From Bdellovibrionota bacterium (GTDB taxonomy: Bacteria > Bdellovibrionota_C > UBA2361 > CALJRW01), in NCBI GenBank assembly GCA_041740355.1, contig JBGSMD010000046.1:19950-83949 (forward strand): DNA of 64,000 nucleotides, in the 5' to 3' direction. The position numbers were made by a program, and so were the translations under genes. Shown one piece after another: positions 1 to 9,205 of the stretch (its first letter is position 1; each line of letters opens with the position of its first letter). The notes under the pieces are model-generated. The model had not been told where the DNA came from. It saw only the letters and a program-made list of their open reading frames with translations, and ran no database searches.

Positions 1-423
1 AACCAAAAAGGAAGGCGCTGTTCCAAAGTTGTTTCTAATAATTTGTGAGCCAATTGGAAAAGTTGCCTGTTTCACATTTGATTCCGGAAATTCTTTGCCA
101 CGATCTAAATAGCGCTTTTTAAGCTTTGTTAATTCAGTTTGATCGATGGCTACGCCAGTCCTAAAAAAATCGGCGACTGCTTCGCGGGTTAAATCATCAG
201 AGGTAGGCCCTAAGCCACCGCTAGTAATTACCAGGGCGCAGCCACTTTGGAAGACAAATTCTAATGCGTCTATAATGTTGGAAATGTTGTCAGCGCAGGT
301 CATGATGTTGACTACTGAGAAAGAATTACGACTTAATTCTTTAGCCAGAAAATTAACATTGGTATCAAGGGTGCGACCATCAAGTAGTTCCGATCCAATA
401 GTTAACAAGGCAACTTTAATCAT
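1..423 (-). CDS. cinA: CinA-like protein (N-terminal MoCF/molybdopterin-binding domain); the 3' end runs off the window
   Basis: The reverse-strand translation from the ATG at 423 reads MIKVALLTIGSELLDGRTLDTNVNFLAKEL...VITSGGLGPTSDDLTREAVA, which is the canonical CinA N-terminal domain. It is absent from the ORF track because it is truncated at the window edge. The + strand ORF 146..439 is antisense to it. Confidence 0.75.
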   Translation of the reverse strand, partial: MIKVALLTIGSELLDGRTLDTNVNFLAKELSRNSFSVVNIMTCADNISNIIDALEFVFQSGCALVITSGGLGPTSDDLTREAVADFFRTGVAIDQTELTKLKKRYLDRGKEFPESNVKQATFPIGSQIIRNNFGTAPSFLV

Positions 424-461
424 GACTGTAATTTTCTAAAGGATTATTCTCTACGCTAAGT

Positions 462-1850
462 TTATTCTAGATCTTCCTTTATTTTTTCTCTTAGCATCCG
501 TAAGTAACGTTTAAACTTAGCATTCTTCGAGTCAATCTTTTGACTGTCTAGAACTGGGAGCTCAATCTTCATTGGATCCACATACTTCCCATCCACATAG
601 AAACTATAATGTAGATGCGGTCCACTTGATAATCCGGTAGAGCCAACATAACCAATGACATCTCCTCTGGCCACCTTAAATCCTTTCTTAACTCCAGGAG
701 CAATTTTAGAAAGATGAAGGTAGGCCGTAGAATATTTTGGCGAGTGCTTAAGTTTTACCCAGTTACCATTACCACGGTGATAGCTAGCTTCATCTACTTG
801 GGCATCAGCAACAGCACGAACGGGAGTCCCAGTTGGAGCGGCAAAATCAACACCGTTATGTGGACGACTGATTTTTAATACAGGGTGAAAGCGACTAGTG
901 GTAAAGACAGATGAAATACGAGAGAATTTTACTGGATACCTTAAAAAGAAATTACCGATGGCCATTCCTTCTTCATCAAAGTACTGATTTTTGCCTTGCT
1001 CACTCGGAAAGTTCATGGCCATGTAAGCTTTTCCTCGAGCAGTAACAGAGGCAGCGCGTACTTTTCCTGGCGCTAAGATTTTACCATTATCTAATGATCG
1101 CTGATCGTAAATTACAGTGAAGGTGTCTCCGGGGTGGATGTCTTTAGTGAAAGCAATTTTACTTCCAAAGATATCAACGATTTCATCAACAATATCATAG
1201 GATAATTGATTACTTTGAGCCGTGGCGGCAATTGAATTCTTGATGGCAAAACTTACTTTCACTTCTTGAACTCTAATTTCCGGGATGCTTTGCTCTACTC
1301 GATACTCCAAAACTTCGGGATCGTAGATGAGTGAAACTTTCGCGCCATCACTGATTGTTTTAGTTAGGCGAGTAAGGACATTGTTGCGAGCTTCAATCTC
1401 AACCTTGGATCCCGAGCGCAGTAACTGATTAATATTATATTCTGATGACTTAAAAGCTTTTTCGGCAAGCAATGCTAAGCTGGTATCAACTCCAAATTTA
1501 TTCCAGATAGTTGATAGAGTGTCTCCTGGTGAAATAATATACTCAACAAAATCAGGACGATAAACAGATTGTAGTCCATCAGTGTTATAAAGTTGTTCGC
1601 TATCAAGGCTGGCTCTTACTTGCGCAAAATCAATTGGCAGGTCACTTTCTAGGCTCCCCCAAACACTTTCTGATGAAAGTAATTCGGCAGCTTCTTCCTC
1701 TAAGAAGGCATCTTCTACTGTGGCAATTTGCTCTTCTGGTCTCGCGCTTTGCTGATTACCAGAACTAAGGTTATAGTAAGCATTTAAGGCTAAAAATCCA
1801 AAAATTGAACCAATTATAAAGAAGATAAAATTTGGACGAAAAGGCATCAA
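462..1850 (-). CDS. M23 family metallopeptidase with an OapA/LysM-like N-terminal region
   Basis: C-terminal M23 motifs are present (HNGVDFAAPTGTPVRA, GYVGSTGLSSGPHLHYSF). There is an N-terminal TM segment, and a LysM/OapA-like stretch (ISPGDTLSTIWNKFGV). Confidence 0.85.
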   Translation of the reverse strand: MMPFRPNFIFFIIGSIFGFLALNAYYNLSSGNQQSARPEEQIATVEDAFLEEEAAELLSSESVWGSLESDLPIDFAQVRASLDSEQLYNTDGLQSVYRPDFVEYIISPGDTLSTIWNKFGVDTSLALLAEKAFKSSEYNINQLLRSGSKVEIEARNNVLTRLTKTISDGAKVSLIYDPEVLEYRVEQSIPEIRVQEVKVSFAIKNSIAATAQSNQLSYDIVDEIVDIFGSKIAFTKDIHPGDTFTVIYDQRSLDNGKILAPGKVRAASVTARGKAYMAMNFPSEQGKNQYFDEEGMAIGNFFLRYPVKFSRISSVFTTSRFHPVLKISRPHNGVDFAAPTGTPVRAVADAQVDEASYHRGNGNWVKLKHSPKYSTAYLHLSKIAPGVKKGFKVARGDVIGYVGSTGLSSGPHLHYSFYVDGKYVDPMKIELPVLDSQKIDSKNAKFKRYLRMLREKIKEDLE

Positions 1851-1875
1851 GAAAATCGTTTAAATAATTTAAATA

Positions 1876-1970
1876 GGAAAGTCCAAAAAGTAATTTATCT
1901 AAGTAAATTACTTTTTGGGGCTTTCTAACGCCCCGAGAGGGGATAAAAAATCATATAGTTATACTAGTCT
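1876..1970 (+). repeat. Copy A of a dispersed intergenic repeat family with an AT-rich hairpin core
   Basis: The sequence is gaaagtccaaaaagtaatttatctaagtaaattactttttggggctttctaacgccccgagaggggataaaaaatcatatagttata. It recurs near 6911, 8208, 19800 (inverted) and 52242. Confidence 0.7.
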
Positions 1971-2327
1971 GCAACGCTTATTCTTTAAGGGGAAATAATT
2001 ATCCTAAAAACCCGATAAGCGGCAAAAGCAGTACTTATCCGCCAAAGCTTTCTTGTCCGCTATAACTTGAGCGTAAGAGGAAGCGAAGGTGAATGCATTT
2101 TGACAAGCCGTTATCGAACTAATACTTACAAATGCAATCTAACAAAGACAAGCATTATAGTTGATTGCTAGAAATTAAGAAAGTTTTGGTAATAATTTAG
2201 CTTTTGGCGATTCTCGAATGAAAAATTTGCTTAATAGTGCAAATGCGTTGTAACAAATTTGTTAGTTTGACCTTCACTCAAAATCTAAACGAGGTATTAA
2301 AGAGAATGATTTTAAAAGACGCAGAAT

Positions 2328-2744
2328 TTGATTATGACATCTAAAAAATACTTAGGACTTGATGTCGGCGAGCGAATTATAGGCTTAGCCTTCGGAGATT
2401 TAGACTCAAAATTAGTTTTCCCACGAAAAGCTCTTGATTTAAAGCAAGTTGATGGCAAAAAAGTACTTCATAAAATGTTAGTGGATGATAATCTCAGTGG
2501 TTTTGTAGTTGGTTGGCCACAAAACAGTGACGGAAGCAAAAGTTTACAGTGTGCTAAAATAGAAAAATTTGTTAATAATTTAAAACTTCCTAAGCATTTT
2601 GAGGTACATTATATCAATGAGTATGCGTCAAGCTTGGAAGCCCAAAGTAGATTTCGAGCCTTTGGCGTAAAGAAAGTCGATCGAGAAACGATTGATTCGA
2701 CTGCCGCAATTATTATTTTAGAGTCATTTTTCAATAAATGTTAA
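2328..2744 (+). CDS. ruvX: Holliday junction resolvase-like RuvX/YqgF
   Basis: The YLGLDVGERIIGLAFGD N-terminus matches the RNase H-like YqgF fold. The length (about 138 aa) fits. It lies upstream of, and overlaps, mltG, which is the conserved yqgF-yceG arrangement. The true start may be the ATG at 2334. Confidence 0.8.
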   Translation: MIMTSKKYLGLDVGERIIGLAFGDLDSKLVFPRKALDLKQVDGKKVLHKMLVDDNLSGFVVGWPQNSDGSKSLQCAKIEKFVNNLKLPKHFEVHYINEYASSLEAQSRFRAFGVKKVDRETIDSTAAIIILESFFNKC

Positions 2745-3880
2745 AGTTATTACTGAGAATTTTTGTTGTTTTAGGGATTCCGGCACTTGTTGGGGTGGCC
2801 TGCTTTTTATTTCTAAGAAGCTATTTTTTTACTCCTTTTATTGAGGAGAGCGATAAAGTTTACTTAGTTGAGCTAGCGCCGGGTAGTAGTTTTCGTGCCT
2901 TTTGTGATCAATTGGAGTCAAAGGGTATTATTCGTAGTGCCTGGATGTTAGATTTTATTTCCCAAGTTAAAAAAAGTGATACGAAAATTAAAGCTGGTGA
3001 GTATCAATTATCTCCAGCAATGTCACCTCAAGATATTCTTTCTAAATTGAGTAAAGGAGAAGTCTTTAAGCGAATAGTGACGGTAAAAGAAGGAATGGAT
3101 CTTTGGCAGATTGCCAAAGCTTTGGAAGAGTCACAGATTTTAAAGGGCGCTGATTTTCTTCAATCAGTTCAAGATCGGGCGTTATTAGATCGCTTGGAAG
3201 TTACCGCTCCATCCTTGGAAGGTTATTTGTTTCCCGAGACATATCATTTTTCAGGAAAGCAGACAGCATTATCAGTGATTTGGATAATGGTGGAGCAGTT
3301 CTATAAAAAGTGGAAACCTGTTTATGATCAAAGACTAATAGAGCTAAATCTTTCTAAGCATGAAATTATTACGCTAGCTTCAATCATTGAAAAAGAATCA
3401 GGCAATAAATCCGAACAAGCACTTGTCTCCTCTGTCTTTCATAATCGTCTTCGAAGTGGCATGAAGTTAGAATCAGATCCAACTTTGGTATACGGATTGC
3501 AAAATTTTAATGGAGTAGTTCTGAACAAGCACAAAGAAACAGAGTCTCCCTATAATACTTATAAAAACTTTGGATTACCTCCTGGGCCAATTGCTAATCC
3601 TGGTCAAACGGCTATCCATGCGGCACTTTACCCAGAAGATAGTGAATTTCTATTTTTTGTTGCTAATGGCAAGGGTGGGCATAAATTTTCCACAAATCTA
3701 CGAGAGCACAATGATGCGGTACGAGATTATCGGAATATTTTAAGTCAAGCAAAACAGGCGACGCAAGTAGCGGTGGAGGAAATTGAAGCAGCAACAAAAC
3801 CAATAGATCCGCTAGTACCAACGGAATCGCCAAAGGTTGCTGATAATTTGGAGGCTAGTGAATCTCCAGCAACAAATTAA
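2738..3880 (+). CDS. mltG: Endolytic murein transglycosylase MltG (YceG family)
   Basis: There is an N-terminal TM segment and YceG motifs (EGYLFPETY, LTLASIIEKE, the conserved SDPT...). It overlaps ruvX by 7 nt. Confidence 0.85.
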   Translation: MLKLLLRIFVVLGIPALVGVACFLFLRSYFFTPFIEESDKVYLVELAPGSSFRAFCDQLESKGIIRSAWMLDFISQVKKSDTKIKAGEYQLSPAMSPQDILSKLSKGEVFKRIVTVKEGMDLWQIAKALEESQILKGADFLQSVQDRALLDRLEVTAPSLEGYLFPETYHFSGKQTALSVIWIMVEQFYKKWKPVYDQRLIELNLSKHEIITLASIIEKESGNKSEQALVSSVFHNRLRSGMKLESDPTLVYGLQNFNGVVLNKHKETESPYNTYKNFGLPPGPIANPGQTAIHAALYPEDSEFLFFVANGKGGHKFSTNLREHNDAVRDYRNILSQAKQATQVAVEEIEAATKPIDPLVPTESPKVADNLEASESPATN

Positions 3881-5792
3881 GTCATTAGAGGATCGGTTTT
3901 CCAAATTCAAACAACAAAATTTGTTGTCCTTGGCGATTGTCTTTTTGGCGCAGCTTTGCGCCTTGGTTTTCTTTTTTCAAATATCATGGATCTTCGCTGG
4001 AGGAATATTACTAATATTTCTAGTGAATGGATTTTTTTTAGTTCGCTACTATTTAAGCCTCAAGAATCCTACCACCCAGCAATGGGCAATGCTGATTGAC
4101 GGGGAATGTCAGGCCGAGAGTCGCCTAACTTCTTTAAGCCAATTGCAAGAATCAAATTTAGCAGAATCCGATGTTGCCAAATTTATTGAGCGACAGATTG
4201 ACGAGAAGAAGATTTCATTTGAAAAAGTAGATCAAATTTATTTTAAACAAAAAGTCTCTGTCCGAAACAATCTTTATCTATTGCCAGTAATTCTTTTTAT
4301 TTGCTTTATTCTATTCTTTGTTTTTAAAGAAAAATTTATTGAACCAGCAGTCGATAAAGCAATTTTTGCGCCAGAAATTAAAATTTTACAAGAATTAATA
4401 GCTGAAAAAAAACTACCGCCAGAACTTAATCAGCAACTTGAAAAATTATTAAACAATTTAAGTTCTGAGCAAACAACCCTAAGTGATGTTAAGGAGACAT
4501 TGGCTGAGGCTGAGAAAAAATTAGGCGAGAAAAAAGAAGAAGAGAATCAAAAGTCAGAGGAAGAAAAACAAAAATCCCAAGAAGAAAAAAGCCAAGAAAA
4601 AGAGGAACAAGAGAAAAACCAAGAAAAATCGGAAGATAAACAAGACGGAGAGCAGTCGCAAGAGAAAAAAGATTCAGAAGGTAATACTGAAAAAGAAGAA
4701 CAACAGAAGGAAGGAGAGGAAAAGTCCGAGACCCCTGCTGAAACCAAGTCAGGCAAGAAAGACGACCAGCAAGGTAAAGAAGAATCTGGCGAACAAGAAC
4801 AAAAAGGCGATCAAGGTGGAGAGAAAGACGCAAAAGAAGAATCAGCTGAAGGCGATAAGAAATCTGAGGGTGGAAAAGGAGAGCAGCAAAATTCTGGTAA
4901 ACAACAAGGTGGAGAGCAAAAGTCTAATAGTCAAGAACAAGGTGGTGAAAAAGGTGAAGAGTCTGCGGATCAAAAAGGTGAGCAAAAATCAGAAAAGGGC
5001 GAGCAGTCAGAGAGTGCCGAATCTCAAGGCGGAGAGGGATCTGACAAGAGCGAGCAAACCGGAAGTGAGCAAAAATCTGATAGTGGTAAGTCTAAAGAAG
5101 ATGCCGAGCAGGCAGGAGGAAAAGAACAGGGCAATTCTCAAGAAGGCAAAGGTGGAAAGCCAAAACAAGATCAATCGGGAGGACAAGGAGAACAAAATGC
5201 CGAACAGGTAATGGATCAAATTAAAGATAAAATTGACCAGTTAGAAAAGGAACAACAGCAAAATTCTAGTCAAGAAGGAGAGAAGAATAAACCCGACAAA
5301 CCCCAGGATGGTCAGGCTTCCGATGGTGCTGGAAAGTCATCTGAAAAACAAGATCAAAAAGAACCTAAGGAATCTAAAAATAATTCTGAAAAAAAAGATT
5401 CTAGTAATAAATCAGAGCAAGAGTCTAAGCAGTCTTCTGCTTCCGGAGAGGGAGATGCCAATGAGCCACCTGATTCTGAAAATAAAGATTCTGAAAATAA
5501 AATGGCCGGCAAGCAGGGAGCTGCTGTTAGTGGCAAAGAAGGAGATCCGGGAAAAGGAGAAAATCCGGCCAAGATTGACGAAGCAAGTTTAAAATATCAA
5601 GACGTCAAGATTGATGAGGACCCAAAAGATCTCGATCAGCAATTTGCTACGGGTGAGGCGGATATCAAGGAAGGGAAAGAGGGTGGTGAGTATCGCATCA
5701 CTCAGGAAGAATTAGAACTTAGTCGTCCGACTGCGCCGAAAAAGAGTAATCAAATTAAAATCCCGATGGAGTATCAAGATCTCTTAAAGTAG
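3837..5792 (+). CDS. Membrane-anchored protein with a roughly 400-aa extremely charged low-complexity (K/E/Q/S/G) region
   Basis: The N-terminus has two predicted TM helices and a coiled-coil-like segment. This is followed by hundreds of residues of EEKQKSQEEK/GEQK-type low complexity, then a short ordered C-terminus. It has the longest ORF in the region and consistent codon usage. It overlaps the mltG 3' end by 44 nt, so the start is uncertain (an alternative ATG lies near 4086). Confidence 0.5.
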   Translation: MLIIWRLVNLQQQIKSLEDRFSKFKQQNLLSLAIVFLAQLCALVFFFQISWIFAGGILLIFLVNGFFLVRYYLSLKNPTTQQWAMLIDGECQAESRLTSLSQLQESNLAESDVAKFIERQIDEKKISFEKVDQIYFKQKVSVRNNLYLLPVILFICFILFFVFKEKFIEPAVDKAIFAPEIKILQELIAEKKLPPELNQQLEKLLNNLSSEQTTLSDVKETLAEAEKKLGEKKEEENQKSEEEKQKSQEEKSQEKEEQEKNQEKSEDKQDGEQSQEKKDSEGNTEKEEQQKEGEEKSETPAETKSGKKDDQQGKEESGEQEQKGDQGGEKDAKEESAEGDKKSEGGKGEQQNSGKQQGGEQKSNSQEQGGEKGEESADQKGEQKSEKGEQSESAESQGGEGSDKSEQTGSEQKSDSGKSKEDAEQAGGKEQGNSQEGKGGKPKQDQSGGQGEQNAEQVMDQIKDKIDQLEKEQQQNSSQEGEKNKPDKPQDGQASDGAGKSSEKQDQKEPKESKNNSEKKDSSNKSEQESKQSSASGEGDANEPPDSENKDSENKMAGKQGAAVSGKEGDPGKGENPAKIDEASLKYQDVKIDEDPKDLDQQFATGEADIKEGKEGGEYRITQEELELSRPTAPKKSNQIKIPMEYQDLLK

Positions 5793-5856
5793 CTCGAAAT
5801 TCTAAGCAACTAGAGTCCCAAATGCTTACGATTTTCTATAAAATTTATTTTGCATA

Positions 5857-6882
5857 TTACTTGCTGGGAAAGAATCGAGCTTGAAATTTTTCTAAATCCG
5901 CAGAACTCCCAAAGTAAATCACAAGATCTCGATCGACTTGGAACACGGGAGTAATATTAACCGTAAATTCCTTTCCAGCTGTTATTCTAGGTACTCGTGA
6001 TTCTAGTAAATTTGCTAAGTGGCTAGAATCTTTAAGGCTTGCACCTGTGATTTTACTAGCAATCGTAGTGTGTGTTCCCCGGATGGCAGCTTGTTTACTG
6101 AAAGTAGTTTCTCCAATACTTTCTCTTAAGTATCTGACAAATTCTGTTTGAAGTGAATGTTGAGAACTACTGGTTTCGGTAGTTTTTGGTGGAAATATAT
6201 TTTTGATTCGCAATTCTACAACCCCTGCTGCTAACTTTACCTCTTGGAGTTGATCCTTTGTGACCTCCGGTGCACGCATTTTAGCAAGATGAGTTTTGAA
6301 ATTTAGAATATCTTGATTCTTCAGTTCGCCTGGAGAAAGCTCGATGCATTGATAATTTTTTTGGATCTTAGCATGAAGCAGGGGATCGCTTGGTTTTAAA
6401 AAGGCAATTTGCACTCCATCTGCCTCGATCCTAGCTTCTCTTAGTGGTCGGAGCTCAGCACCATTTTGGAGAGTCTTGATGCAAAATCCTTTATCTCCTT
6501 TTACAGATAATATTTCCGTTACATTTTCCTTTCCTGAAAGCAGATCGATTTGAAGCTGGCTGACAACATCATGAATATTAAGACCGTAGGCACTAACAAC
6601 TACTAATCCCTGCTGCTTTGCTAATTCTAAATAACTAGGTTTATGGACAACAACCTCAGGTTTCTCTATCGGAGGTAAATTCTTAGTTTTTAGGTCGCTG
6701 ATATAGGTGGTAAATTTTGGGGCTAGGGAATTGACGGCAGCTAGGCCTAGAGCTGCGGTAGCTACAATCGCTAAGGATTTTCTACCTGAAATTGAGCTAT
6801 TTGTGGCTCTAACTGTATCTTTAGGTAACTGTCGGAGCGATCTAGAGGTATCTCGATGTGGATCATCAAATGAGTGAGTCAT
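5857..6882 (-). CDS. Hypothetical membrane-anchored/periplasmic protein
   Basis: A 341-aa ORF with an N-terminal hydrophobic anchor (SLAIVATAALGLAAVNSLA) and no confidently recognisable domain. It is divergent from the MoxR operon. Confidence 0.5.
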   Translation of the reverse strand: MTHSFDDPHRDTSRSLRQLPKDTVRATNSSISGRKSLAIVATAALGLAAVNSLAPKFTTYISDLKTKNLPPIEKPEVVVHKPSYLELAKQQGLVVVSAYGLNIHDVVSQLQIDLLSGKENVTEILSVKGDKGFCIKTLQNGAELRPLREARIEADGVQIAFLKPSDPLLHAKIQKNYQCIELSPGELKNQDILNFKTHLAKMRAPEVTKDQLQEVKLAAGVVELRIKNIFPPKTTETSSSQHSLQTEFVRYLRESIGETTFSKQAAIRGTHTTIASKITGASLKDSSHLANLLESRVPRITAGKEFTVNITPVFQVDRDLVIYFGSSADLEKFQARFFPSK

Positions 6883-6910
6883 GATAAAACTTTGTGTGTT
6901 AATAAATATA

Positions 6911-6995
6911 GAAAGTCCAAAAAGTAATTTATGTAAGGAAACTACTTTTTTGGGCTTTCTATCCCCTGCAAGCGTAGTAAAATCATATAGTTATT
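6911..6995 (+). repeat. Copy B of the AT-hairpin intergenic repeat family
   Basis: The sequence is gaaagtccaaaaagtaatttatgtaaggaaactacttttttgggctttctatcccctgcaagcgtagtaaaatcatatagttatta. Confidence 0.7.
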
Positions 6996-7212
6996 AGAAA
7001 AAAACAAGCTACGCTATTTTATTTATACGTAATTTATTTTTTGGAATAACTATAACTGTTATTTTTATCCGTTTTAAGGAGATATCTGATCCTTTATAAT
7101 TTTTGCAGACTACCTGAACGCTTACAAACAAGGTATTATATTGTATCGATGACTTAAGTAGAAACCTTAAGTACTTTTTGTGTGAATAAATTTTCCTTAA
7201 AACCCCTAAGTT

Positions 7213-8202
7213 ATGAGTAATATTGAAGAAAGATTAAGCGAGTTTAGAGAAACCTTTGGGCAAGTTGAGTCAGAGATTAGCAAGGTAATTGTTGGGCAGA
7301 AGGAAATCATTAGGGGAACCTTAGGTGCCATCTTTAGTGGAGGGCACGTACTTTTAGAGGGGGTTCCTGGTTTAGGAAAAACTTTACTGGTCAATTCAAT
7401 TGCCAAGTCCCTTGGATTAAATTTCAAACGAATTCAATTTACCCCAGATTTGATGCCGAGTGACATCACTGGAACCGAGATTTTAAATGAGGGCGATGAT
7501 GGTAAAAAACAATTTATTTTTATGCCGGGCCCCCTCTTTGCAAATATTGTCCTAGCTGATGAAATTAACCGAGCAACTGCGAAAACTCAAGCGGCCCTGC
7601 TGGAAGCCATGGAAGAAAAGCAAATTACAGTAATGGGTAAGACCCATCCTTTGCAAACTCCTTTTTTTGTTCTTGCCACTCAAAATCCCGTAGAGTTAGA
7701 AGGAACTTATCCTCTGCCAGAAGCTCAGCTAGATCGTTTTATGATTAAGCTAGTTCTTAAATTACCAAGTGAACCGGAAATGCAGGAAATCTTAACTCGA
7801 ACTACTGGGGCGAATATTCCACAAGCAACGGCAGTGCTAGAAGGTTTTAATCCAGCTGAGAAAATTAATGAACTGAAATCTCTAGTACGGGAAGTTGTTG
7901 TACCAAGACCATTACAAGAAGTTTTAGTCAGAATGTTATCGGCACTAAATCCTGATTCTAATTTTGCAACTGAAAAAGTTAAGAAATACGTGCGCTTTGG
8001 TTCTGGCCCGCGGGGAGCACAAGCGACAGTCTTGTTTTCTAAAGTGATGGCCTTACTTGCTGGACGAATGAACATTGACTTTGTTGATTTACAAACAGCA
8101 TTAGTTCCTTGCTTGCGACACAGATTGATTCTTAATTTCCAAGCAGAAGCAGAAGGTATTACAGCTGAAGAAATTATTTCAGAAATTGTTAAAGCTAAGT
8201 GA
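7213..8202 (+). CDS. MoxR-family AAA+ ATPase
   Basis: It has a Walker A (GVPGLGKT) and the typical MoxR architecture, with VLLEGVPGLGKTLLVNSIAKSLGLNFKRIQFTPDLMPSDITGTEI. Confidence 0.9.
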   Translation: MSNIEERLSEFRETFGQVESEISKVIVGQKEIIRGTLGAIFSGGHVLLEGVPGLGKTLLVNSIAKSLGLNFKRIQFTPDLMPSDITGTEILNEGDDGKKQFIFMPGPLFANIVLADEINRATAKTQAALLEAMEEKQITVMGKTHPLQTPFFVLATQNPVELEGTYPLPEAQLDRFMIKLVLKLPSEPEMQEILTRTTGANIPQATAVLEGFNPAEKINELKSLVREVVVPRPLQEVLVRMLSALNPDSNFATEKVKKYVRFGSGPRGAQATVLFSKVMALLAGRMNIDFVDLQTALVPCLRHRLILNFQAEAEGITAEEIISEIVKAK

Positions 8203-8207
8203 CGTAA

Positions 8208-8280
8208 AGAAAATCCAAAAAGTAATTTACGTAAGCAAATTACATAATGGGTTTTAGTATATCCCCTGCAGGAAAGTGGG
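8208..8280 (+). repeat. Copy C (degenerate) of the AT-hairpin intergenic repeat family
   Basis: The sequence is gaaaatccaaaaagtaatttacgtaagcaaattacataatgggttttagtatatcccctgcagg. It shares the cccctgcag tail with copy B. Confidence 0.55.
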
Positions 8281-8335
8281 AAAGCTAAGTTAAACTATTA
8301 TTTTTTAAGTAATATATTTTTTGTCATAACCAGCC

Positions 8336-9205
8336 ATGCCTTTGCCAGTAACTTTTACACCACAACTTTTAAGACAATTAGAGTTGCAACAATTAAAAGC
8401 GCGCAAATCATTTTTAGGATCTCGGCAGGGTGCTCACTATTCGCCTAAGCGTGGTCATGGAATTGAATTCTCTGACTTTAGGCAGTATCAGCCAGGGGAC
8501 GATCTTCGTCATATAGATTGGAATTTAGTAGCAAGATCTGAACGTTTTTATATTAAACGCTTTAGAGAAGAGCAAGATCTTTTAGTGCATTTAATTCTTG
8601 ATAATTCTGCTTCGATGTTTAGTCCGTCGACTGATAAATGGAATAGGGTTGTGGAGTTAGCCTTAGCGATTGGGTATCTTTCCAGTATGCAACAAGATCG
8701 CTTACAACTTGCTGTGCCGGGACATTTCATTGGTAAAAAATATTCTGGAAAAAACTTAGTATATAAACTCTCTGATGATTTGGCTCAAGTTCAAATCAAC
8801 TCTGCTAAAACTTTTGATGCTGATTTAAAACTTAGTTTTACGACAACAAATTTCCCAGGTGTCGCCTACTACATTTCTGATTTTTTAGATGACCCCGAAA
8901 AAATTAAAGCGAATTTTCAAACATTACTAGCTCGCAATCTTGATTTGCGAGTCATTCAAGTTCTTACTCCAGAGGAGATCACCCCACGCCTTGGAACGAA
9001 GGTCTTAGCAGTTGATAGCGAAACAGGGCAAGAAGTTCCACTCGAAGTAACAGCCAGTAATGCACCTGAATACCAACAAGCTTTTGCTAAGCATCAAAAA
9101 GATTGGCAGGACTTTTCTTATCAACGACAAATCGCTTGGTATAGTTGTGATACTAGCCAAGACTTAGCTGAGATTTGTCGCAAGATATTAGGGGTTGGAA
9201 AATGA
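8336..9205 (+). CDS. DUF58 domain protein (MoxR-partner, VWA-like)
   Basis: It contains DDLRHIDWNLVARSERFYIKRFREEQDLLVHLILDNSASM, the typical DUF58 core. It lies immediately downstream of MoxR. Confidence 0.85.
   Translation: MPLPVTFTPQLLRQLELQQLKARKSFLGSRQGAHYSPKRGHGIEFSDFRQYQPGDDLRHIDWNLVARSERFYIKRFREEQDLLVHLILDNSASMFSPSTDKWNRVVELALAIGYLSSMQQDRLQLAVPGHFIGKKYSGKNLVYKLSDDLAQVQINSAKTFDADLKLSFTTTNFPGVAYYISDFLDDPEKIKANFQTLLARNLDLRVIQVLTPEEITPRLGTKVLAVDSETGQEVPLEVTASNAPEYQQAFAKHQKDWQDFSYQRQIAWYSCDTSQDLAEICRKILGVGK

Noticed and set aside
146-439. 97-aa + strand ORF at the window start
   Set aside because: It is antisense to a well-conserved CinA N-terminal domain encoded on the minus strand. It has no domain or SD support.
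4489-5592. Six overlapping ORFs on both strands inside the low-complexity gene (4489..4833, 4547..4756, 4816..5211, 5007..5219, 5308..5592, 5354..5572)
   Set aside because: These are artefacts of the purine-rich imperfect repeat tract. Their translations are pure low complexity with no independent signals.
3900-5700. Possible CRISPR-like or tandem-repeat array
   Set aside because: The repeats are imperfect, in-frame and purine-rich, and they sit inside a coding sequence. There is no repeat-spacer periodicity and no cas genes. No CRISPR array is visible anywhere in the window.
7206-8075. Antisense ORFs within MoxR (7206..7427 and 7725..8075, minus strand)
   Set aside because: They lie opposite a high-confidence AAA+ gene and have no domains.
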